Source of the DNA: Candidatus Cloacimonadales bacterium
GTDB lineage: Bacteria; Cloacimonadota; Cloacimonadia; Cloacimonadales; JAIOQZ01
Length of the DNA stretch: 64,000 bases
NCBI GenBank assembly: GCA_963674825.1
Contig: OY771587.1
Coordinates: 736,001-800,000 of the forward strand
Reading direction: 5' to 3'
The position numbers and the translations under genes are program-made. Positions 57,438 to 64,000 of the stretch are shown in pieces (positions within the stretch are counted from its first letter, which is position 1; each line of letters opens with the position of its first letter). Below the pieces are notes generated by a model. It was not told where the DNA came from, searched no databases, and saw only the letters and a program-made list of their open reading frames with translations.

Positions 57438-60400
57438 TCAGGCTACATAATCGATTGTGTTGTAGCCAGTTTGTTTCGACATTCTGCCGGTTTTCGCCTG
57501 TGGTTTTTCGATCGCTGTTGCTGTTGTTTTTTGTTTTGCGAAATTCCGGGGGTGTTGTTCGTTTTTCCTGCGATGTTGTCTGTCATAATCGTACTCAATG
57601 TGTACGTCCTCATAACCGAGTCGGGTAAAGTGTTCCTGCAAACCCTTCAAGGTATCTTGCAGGTATTTCATTTTTTCACTGTCTTCCGCTACGAGCAATA
57701 CCTGAAGCTTGCCGTTTTCCGTCTCAAGAACTGTCTGGACTCGTCCGGTTTCCTCGCTCGAAATCTCGAATTTCGCCCAGTTCTTCACTTCGGTAACGCC
57801 TGACTGGAAGTCCTTCAGTTCCTGCATCGCCTTCATCAGAAATTCATTGGTGAAGGTTTGCGGCATAGGTTGATTTTGCGCCATCGTGGGGCGACTGATT
57901 GTTGGTTCCAGCGTCATGTTTTCATTGAGCTGGATTGCCGGCTGATTATCGTTCTGCGGTTTCGTAAAAGTCTGGTTATCCCTGGAGGGGAGCTCTTCCT
58001 GTCGTCCCTGGTCGCTCATTTCAGGCTCAGACTGCCGCTGTGGCTTCTCTATATCGATCGTCTCCTGCACCGGATTCTCCACCCGTTGCTCGTTTGTTTG
58101 CATAGGCTTCACCGACATTGGATCGATTGGAATGCTTGTTTTATTCTTCAATTCATTGGCCAGCACAGGATCGTGATGATCGCGCACGATGTTCTCCGAA
58201 ACCTGCTGCTTCGAGATCTGAGGATTCTCAGTTGCCACCTTCGGCTCGATGTGCGCTTCAATGCGAGGCTGATCGGTCGTCACCTTCGGTTCGATGTGAG
58301 ACTCCGTACGGGGCTGCTCGGTCGTCACCTTCGGCTCGATGTGTGCTTCAGTACGAGGCTGATCAGTTGCCACCTTCGGTTCGATGTGCGATTCAGAGCG
58401 AGGTTGCTCGGTCGTCACTTTCGGTTCGATATGCGCTTCAGTGCGAGGTTGCTCAGTTGCCACCTTCGGTTCGATGTGAGACTCTGTGCGAGGCTGATCG
58501 GTCGCCACCTTCGGCTCGATATGCGCTTCAGAGCGAGGCTGCTCAGTTGCCACCTTCGGCTCGATGTGTGCTTCAGTACGAGGCTGATCGGTTGCCACCT
58601 TCGGTTCGATGTGAGACTCCGTACGGGGCTGATCGGTCGTCACCTTCGGCTCGATGTGCGCTTCAGAGCGAGGTTGCTCGGTCGTCACCTTCGGCTCGAT
58701 ATGCGCTTCAGTGCGAGGCTGCTCAGTTGCCACCTTCGGTTCGATGTGTGCTTCAGTGCGAGGCTGCTCGGTCGTCACCTTCGGTTCGATGTGCGACTCT
58801 GTGCGAGGCTGCTCAGTTGTCACTTTCGGTTCTACGACCTTGCTTTCGACCTGCTGGCGATGCGTGTTCCAGTTACGGGCATTGGTTTGCAAACCCGGAA
58901 ACAATTCCGTTCGATCCTGCTGAGTGGTCGAACTCGTGGTTTGCTTTTCTTCGATCACGCGTGCCATTTCGAGAATCGCTTCTGCTTGTGAGGAATGCTT
59001 TCTTACAGACCTTAGCGCTTGAGAAGAGTTTTGAAAAATAATCTTAGAATCTACGGCCTGCGGCTCAGCTTTCGTATCGGTCACCGGCTGTTGCGGCGTA
59101 GAAGCAAACGTCTGAGGCTCAGCTTTTGTATTAGTCACCGGCTGTTGCGGCGTATGAACCATTGTCTGAGACTCAGATTTCGCATCGGTCACCGGTTGTT
59201 GTGGCGTTTGAGCAAACGTCTGAGGCTCAGCTTTTGTATTAGTCATCGGCTGTTGCGGCGTTTGAGCAAACGTCTGCGGCTCAGATTTCGCATCAGTCAC
59301 CGGCTGTTGCGGTGCAGAAGCAAACGTCTGCGGCTCAGCTTTTGTATTAGTCATCGGTTGTTGCAGCGTTTGAGCAAACGTCTGCGGCTCAGCCTTGGCA
59401 TCAGTTACCGGCTGTTGCGGTGCAGAAGCAAACGTCTGCGGCTCAGCTTTTGTATTAGTCATCGGTTGTTGCAGCGTTTGAGCAAACGTCTGAGGCTCAG
59501 ATTTCGCATTGGGCTTCGAGTAGATCGGCTTTGCAGACTCGAACTCGTGTTGAGCAAGCGGAACGACCTTGCTGGATGCCATCTGGTAAGGAGCTATCTT
59601 CGGCTTTACCTGGCTCTGAACGGTTTGTCCTGTCACACCCTCTTTTCGCTGAGGCGTAACGGTAACAGATTTCTCCCCCGCAACATGATTTACGGTAGTA
59701 GAATCCTTGAGTTTAACAGGTTGCTGAGGCTCCGGAGAAGCTTTCTCATGGCGATTAACGACCCTGTCATCAGGTTTCTCTGTAAATTTTGTCGCACCCG
59801 CATCAGCCTGTTCCTTGGGAGTTCCCACATAAGGAACAGCCTTTTCCAAGAGATTCGCCGCAGTGTCAACATCGTGCTCCACGGATTTCTGAAGATTAGT
59901 TCCGAACTTGTATTCATGCTTTGCAGGCGACGGTACTATCTTATCTTCGCGCTTTGCAGACTCCGTTATTGCCTTATCTTTGCGTTGAGATGACTCTATC
60001 GTCGCCTCGCCGTTAGGCTTTGGTGACTGTGTGTTACCCGTTTCAACGTGTTCGGGAAACACCGTCACAACTCCTTCTTTACGCAGATCAAGATCAAATT
60101 TCGAGGTTGTTGGAATCAAAACAGACATGAAGTCTTGTGTTTGTTCCGGGTATTCTTTTCCGCAACGGGAGTCATGCTCGTGCCGAATTTTTCCATGACA
60201 GCCAGAACACTGGTCCGGCTTTCGGAAACTGAATCGGATGTATGCTCAATTGCCTGCTTCAGGGATGCAGCCTGATCAAGTTGTACAATTTTAGCTTTTG
60301 CACCGAGCTCTGTGGTTGTATGTCCTGTAACCGTACTCGCCTTACTGGAAATATTTTTCCCAGAGGACAGGTTCGCAATAATATTGAAGAATCGGGTGCT

Positions 60401-60481
60401 CCTCGAACTCGTCTTCTTTGCTGACTTCGAGTTCGATTTCAGCAATACTGACTGAAGCTCCGTGATCCCAGAATGTTTCAT
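57438..60481 (-). CDS. fliK: Flagellar hook-length control protein FliK, very long and repeat-rich; apparent 1-nt frameshift near 60149 joins ORFs 60116..60481 and 57438..60128
   Basis: Lies between the MotE-like gene and flgD. Low-complexity P/Q/T/E body with a C-terminal FliK-like fold (ETGRVQTVL..LQVLL..LQEHFTRLG) and a terminal IDYVA. Confidence 0.7.
58227..58832 (-). repeat. 45-bp tandem repeat, 13 full copies plus a partial (EPKV(T/A)T(E/D)QPR(T/S)E(S/A)HI)
   Basis: Directly visible in DNA and protein; full units span 58248..58832. Confidence 0.97.
59058..59501 (-). repeat. 54-bp tandem repeat, 8 full copies plus a partial ((A/S)EPQTFA(Q/S)xxQQP(M/V)T(N/D)xK)
   Basis: Directly visible; full units span 59070..59501. 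Confidence 0.97.
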
Positions 60482-61188
60482 TGTGACTCCGACATCTTCC
60501 TGATAATCATCGTTGCGCGCGAATTAGGAAGAACTTCCATGACCTTGGCACGCTTGCGTTCACTCATCAGCTTGAGAATGCTGATGATCTTTTCGTCCGG
60601 CAGCGACAGCATTTTTTCCACTGCGCTTTCCGGATCCATCGCTTCAAAAGTATCGGCGAGCATTTTCAGCTTCTTCGCTGTTTCCTGCTCGGTCTTCTCG
60701 TCAGCTGCTTTCTGATTGCTGCTACGAATCAGGGAAATATTTTCCTCAAGATCCTTGATCTGCTGGTTTAGCTGAACAATTGTGTTGTCCCGGGAGCGAA
60801 TATCGCTTTGCTGCCTGTTGATACGCCGGATATAGCGTTGCTGACTCTCAGCCAGAGTATCCACCTGCGCAATGAGATCTTGCAGCGTCGAATCGATCTG
60901 TGCTGGCGAGTAATCGTGGATCTTGCCGTCTGAATAGATGTGAATTAACCGCTTGCGCAGCTTCATCAGATTATTATATTCTTCCAGTGGCTGTGGCGTA
61001 CCGTCGAGTGTGGCGATTGACGTATCGACGATGGTCGAATCGGCCACTTCGCCAGCGACAAGCGTGGAATCGGCTGCCGTCATATCACCCGAACTCAGAA
61101 TCTTGTCCTTCAAGAGAAAGAACAGAATTCCGTTGATCAGAATGAACGATATGAGGAAAACTCCCACGTAGACCAGTATATCTTTCAT
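60478..61188 (-). CDS. MotE/YlxF-like flagellar protein (TM, coiled coil, MgtE-N-like C-terminus)
   Basis: LADTFEAMDPESAV..IL..M.ERKRAKVMEVL motif; lies between fliJ and fliK. Confidence 0.75.
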   Translation of the reverse strand: MKDILVYVGVFLISFILINGILFFLLKDKILSSGDMTAADSTLVAGEVADSTIVDTSIATLDGTPQPLEEYNNLMKLRKRLIHIYSDGKIHDYSPAQIDSTLQDLIAQVDTLAESQQRYIRRINRQQSDIRSRDNTIVQLNQQIKDLEENISLIRSSNQKAADEKTEQETAKKLKMLADTFEAMDPESAVEKMLSLPDEKIISILKLMSERKRAKVMEVLPNSRATMIIRKMSESQ

Positions 61189-61640
61189 CAGTTCTCCCAG
61201 TTACTTTCTTTCGGCTTCTGTGCAGCTATCTCATCCAGGAAGTCCTGCTCTTCTTTCTTAACCTCTTTGCGGTATTCTTCGAAGCGCGACTCCCTGAGCT
61301 TTTCGATGGTCTTTTTTTCCTGCGTTTTCTTCAAAAGCCGTTCCCGAGCCTCGCTCTCCTTGCACTGAAGCGAGCTAACCTTCTGACGGGTCCCTTCCCA
61401 CTCGTGCTTCAGGCAGGTTACATAGTCGCGATGCAGCATGAATTGCGCGGAGGTCGTTTTTTTCCGGTTCATCTTCTTCTGCTCATCCATCTCATTCAAG
61501 AGACGTTTCTCCGCCTGATCCTTTTCCTTCTCTGCTTCGAGCAGATCTGTCTGAATCATATAGAGATCGCGCTGAAGGAGCTTCTCCTCAGTCTCTTTGA
61601 CTTCCATTACTTTTTGCAGTGAGAACTCGAACTTTTTCAT
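61188..61640 (-). CDS. fliJ: Flagellar export protein FliJ
   Basis: MKKFEFSLQKVM, EKKTIEKLRE and EQDFLDE motifs in a coiled coil. Confidence 0.9.
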   Translation of the reverse strand: MKKFEFSLQKVMEVKETEEKLLQRDLYMIQTDLLEAEKEKDQAEKRLLNEMDEQKKMNRKKTTSAQFMLHRDYVTCLKHEWEGTRQKVSSLQCKESEARERLLKKTQEKKTIEKLRESRFEEYRKEVKKEEQDFLDEIAAQKPKESNWEN

Positions 61641-61691
61641 GCTTTCACCCGGTAATTTTTTCCTCTAAAAACCATGTTCGAACAGATAAAA

Positions 61692-61708
61692 CGCAATCGC
61701 TATGCCAA
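61692..61708 (-). promoter_or_regulatory. sigma54 promoter of the fliJ-flgE operon
   Basis: Minus strand TTGGCATAGCGATTGCG matches GG-N10-GC, about 50 nt upstream of fliJ. Confidence 0.75.
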
Positions 61709-61812
61709 ACGGATGGGAAGAGGATTCAGTCATCAGTTATAAGTTACGAGTTACCAGTAAAGAGTCAGAGAGAGAGGAACGCGCCTATGCAGGTAAGATC
61801 GGAATCAACAAT

Positions 61813-61828
61813 AATGAACACGTTCATT
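61813..61828. promoter_or_regulatory. Palindromic operator (TetR operator or sigma54 enhancer)
   Basis: AATGAAC-AC-GTTCATT, just upstream of the tetR -35 TTGACA (61835-61840). Confidence 0.6.
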
Positions 61829-61886
61829 TTTATCTTGACAATCTACCCACCTACTGCGACACTATGACACAGATGGAGGAACAGCC

Positions 61887-62507
61887 ATGCAGAAACGGAA
61901 ACCGGAAATTGAATCAAAGATCGTCGAGACCGCTCGGAGAGCCTTTCTGAAAGAGGGCTACGACAAGGTCACGCTCAGGGGTATCGCACGGGAAGCCGGC
62001 ATCACTGTGGGGAATCTCTACCACTATTTCAAGAGTAAAGACGATCTCTATATGACTATCTTTCTCGAGTTCAACCGCAAGCGTCTTGAGTGGATTTTCT
62101 GCCGGATCGAACAGGGAAGTACACCACTGGAGGAGCTCCAACTATATGGCAGAGCTCAGATGGAATACACCCGCGAACATCCTGATGAATTCCGCTTTGC
62201 AATGCACTACGATCACCAGGGAATCAACGAAGAAGCGATCTCGGAAGAGGTCATGCAAGCCTTCGACAAGCAGAAAAAGCCATACATAGAGCGATTCCGC
62301 GATATCTTCGATCGTGGCAAAAAGGATGGGTCGATCCGCGGTGATTTCGAGACCGGGATGCTGATCCAGTGGGTGAGTATGACACTCAGATTGATCCTTA
62401 ACGAAGTAGTGATCCTGGGCTATTTCAACGACTCGTTCTACCATCGTTATGTCGATTTTCTTCTCGATGCAATACAAACACACGGGCAGGGTAAGGAGGT
62501 ACTATGA
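61887..62507 (+). CDS. TetR/AcrR family transcriptional regulator
   Basis: FLKEGYDKVTLRGIAREAGITVGNLYHYFKSKDDLY helix-turn-helix. Confidence 0.95.
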   Translation: MQKRKPEIESKIVETARRAFLKEGYDKVTLRGIAREAGITVGNLYHYFKSKDDLYMTIFLEFNRKRLEWIFCRIEQGSTPLEELQLYGRAQMEYTREHPDEFRFAMHYDHQGINEEAISEEVMQAFDKQKKPYIERFRDIFDRGKKDGSIRGDFETGMLIQWVSMTLRLILNEVVILGYFNDSFYHRYVDFLLDAIQTHGQGKEVL

Positions 62508-63601
62508 AGTATGCTATTTTATTATTGGTAGGGGTATTAGCTATGACACTTAACGCACAGAATCTGCTGAACGGACCAGAGGGACTTACATGGGACAGCG
62601 CTCATCAACGCTATTTGACGGCCAATTACAGCGACAACAACGTCATCGCCATCGATTTTCAGGGTAACCAAAGCGTATTCGTACAGGGAACGAATCAACC
62701 ACTGGGTGTTCTCGCATACGATGGCGTACTTTACGTTACAGGGAATAATCCTCCCACGCTGTACGCCTTCGATCTGGAAACCGCCGAAAACCTGTTCAGC
62801 GTAGGGATCGATAACTGCCTCGCATTAGCTGAACTCTGTACAGACGAAATCGGTTTCCTTTACATCGCGGATCAGGGCGGCAAGGTGCATCGCTTCAACC
62901 TCGACACACAAGAGAGCGAAATATGGCTCGAAAGCGGCTTACCGGGCAGTCCACAGGGGGTGGTCTTCGATCGCGAGAATCAGCGTGTAGTAGTCGCCGG
63001 CTACGGCAGCAGTTCGCCAATCAAGGCTTACAGTATCGAAGATCAGACGGCAACGACCCTGATCTCCTCAACTCCCGGTCAGTTCATCCAGATGAACATG
63101 ACCGCGAACGGCAAGATTTACCTGTGCTCCTGGAATGGCAATCGCGTATTCTGGTTCCAACCGGGAGTTGTTGACGAACTGCAAGTGCTATCGCAGGCAG
63201 TGACTCGTCCGAGTGGAATATACGCCAATGTTTCGACGAATATGATCGCTGTGATGTCATTTGAGAGCAGCCAGATCTATTATTTTCCACTCAGTTTCGA
63301 ATCCGGTGAAAACACAGCGCCGGTGCTCGAGCAAAGGCTTCGGGTATCACCCAATCCCTTCAATCCAGAAACCAGGATTTATTACCAGATCGAGCAGTCA
63401 GGAAACGCTGAACTGGCTATCTACAATGCCAGAGGACAGCGTGTACAGATCCTGGTCGATCGGCATCATGACGCTGGCGAACATGATGTCGTATGGGATG
63501 GGAGGGATTCTCTAGGAAACAAGGTGGCATCGGGTGTTTATATGGCGGTACTGCGGAGTGCCGGCAAGGAATCAAATCAAAAGATGCTACTCATGAAATA
63601 A
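62504..63601 (+). CDS. Secreted beta-propeller (SMP-30/NHL-like) protein with FlgD-Ig/T9SS-type CTD
   Basis: Signal peptide and repeated P-x-G blades (GPEGL, QPLGV, SPQGV, RPSGI), then SPNPFNP..IYNARGQ..WDGRD..ASGVY. Confidence 0.85.
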   Translation: MKYAILLLVGVLAMTLNAQNLLNGPEGLTWDSAHQRYLTANYSDNNVIAIDFQGNQSVFVQGTNQPLGVLAYDGVLYVTGNNPPTLYAFDLETAENLFSVGIDNCLALAELCTDEIGFLYIADQGGKVHRFNLDTQESEIWLESGLPGSPQGVVFDRENQRVVVAGYGSSSPIKAYSIEDQTATTLISSTPGQFIQMNMTANGKIYLCSWNGNRVFWFQPGVVDELQVLSQAVTRPSGIYANVSTNMIAVMSFESSQIYYFPLSFESGENTAPVLEQRLRVSPNPFNPETRIYYQIEQSGNAELAIYNARGQRVQILVDRHHDAGEHDVVWDGRDSLGNKVASGVYMAVLRSAGKESNQKMLLMK

Positions 63602-63641
63602 GCAAGTAATCCTCTCTCTCGCGCATTGACTCTATCTGCGC

Positions 63642-63671
63642 AAAACCAGGCTCCAAGGAGCCTGGTTTTTT
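63642..63671 (+). terminator. Intrinsic terminator
   Basis: AAAACCAGGCTCC-AA-GGAGCCTGGTTTTTT. Confidence 0.85.
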
Positions 63672-63685
63672 ACATTCAGATATCA

Positions 63686-64000
63686 TTTCGTTTTGACTTC
63701 GTCAAAGCCGATAATCCGCTAACATGAATTCGCTACGCGGAATCTAACGCTCCACTTACGCAATTTCGCTTCGCGAAAGGCTTACGTTCGATGTTTTCGT
63801 TTTGACTTCGTCAAAGCCGATAATCCGCTAACATGAATTCGCTACGCGAACTCACAACGCTCATGTTTTCGTTTCTGCTATGCAGAAGCCGAAAATCACA
63901 TCGTTCGACCATTTCGTTTTTTGCTGCGCAAAAGCCGACTATCCACTAACATGACTTCTCTTCGCGAAGTCACATCGTTCGACCATTTCGTTTTTGCTGC
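63686..64000. repeat. Modular palindromic repeat array (REP/BIME-like), truncated by the window end
   Basis: An exact 54-bp repeat at 63686..63739 and 63795..63848, five variants of the hairpin module TTTCG-stem-loop-stem-CCGA (the fifth truncated), and a 26-bp repeat at 63896 and 63970. Confidence 0.85.

Noticed and set aside
57858..59993. Long plus-strand ORFs antisense to fliK (377, 307 and 324 aa)
   Set aside because: They are open only because the tandem repeats lack stops in those frames; R/L/C-rich composition and no RBS.
61641..61691. c-di-GMP riboswitch ahead of the flagellar operon
   Set aside because: The leader after the sigma54 site is only about 40 nt and lacks the GEMM consensus.
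63742..63792. Integron attC site (ATCTAAC...GTTCGAT)
   Set aside because: The right end does not match GTTRRRY, clear L boxes are missing, and there are no cassette ORFs between repeats or integrase in view; it cannot be supported from this window.
63686..64000. CRISPR array
   Set aside because: The exact repeat is 54 bp, spacing is irregular, the intervening sequence is itself repeated or palindromic rather than unique spacers, and no cas genes are in the window.

Overview
Bacterial chromosomal window of roughly 50% GC from a diderm anaerobe. It is most likely Candidatus Cloacimonadota or a related FCB lineage, inferred from four secreted proteins ending in a 'PNPFNP...YNxxGQ...WxG' FlgD-Ig/T9SS-type C-terminal domain, together with kdsA, pta and ptb. 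From the left it contains a 5'-truncated GH161-like glucan phosphorylase, a frameshifted low-GC secreted protein, a THUMP RNA methyltransferase, MFS/GNAT/TauE/flippase genes, two tandem MacB/FtsX-type permease paralogues, glyS-pta and a MacAB-like efflux operon. The middle holds tRNA-Leu(TAG)-tig-clpP-clpX, TPR and sppA genes, a DUF4390/kinase/sigma54-activator module, a PDZ-beta-barrel protein, a ferritin-like protein, an ankyrin-MBL fusion, ptb-rpiB-glyA, a large lamin-tail-domain surface protein, an orphan kinase and kdsA. The right end has a Firmicutes/Spirochaete-style flagellar cluster (fliJ to fliR), a TetR plus beta-propeller pair, and a palindromic repeat array that runs off the edge. 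The most notable observations are: (1) a structured 85-nt RNA element that occludes the flgE ribosome-binding site directly behind the uncharacterised TIGR02530 gene; (2) a ~1000-aa FliK ruler built from two tandem-repeat arrays; (3) four sigma54 promoters, one with promoter-IHF-enhancer layout ahead of a PDZ-barrel gene next to the activator; (4) a modular array of C(GNA)G hairpins with compensatory changes at 63.7-64 kb. All family calls come from motif recognition by eye; no searches were run.
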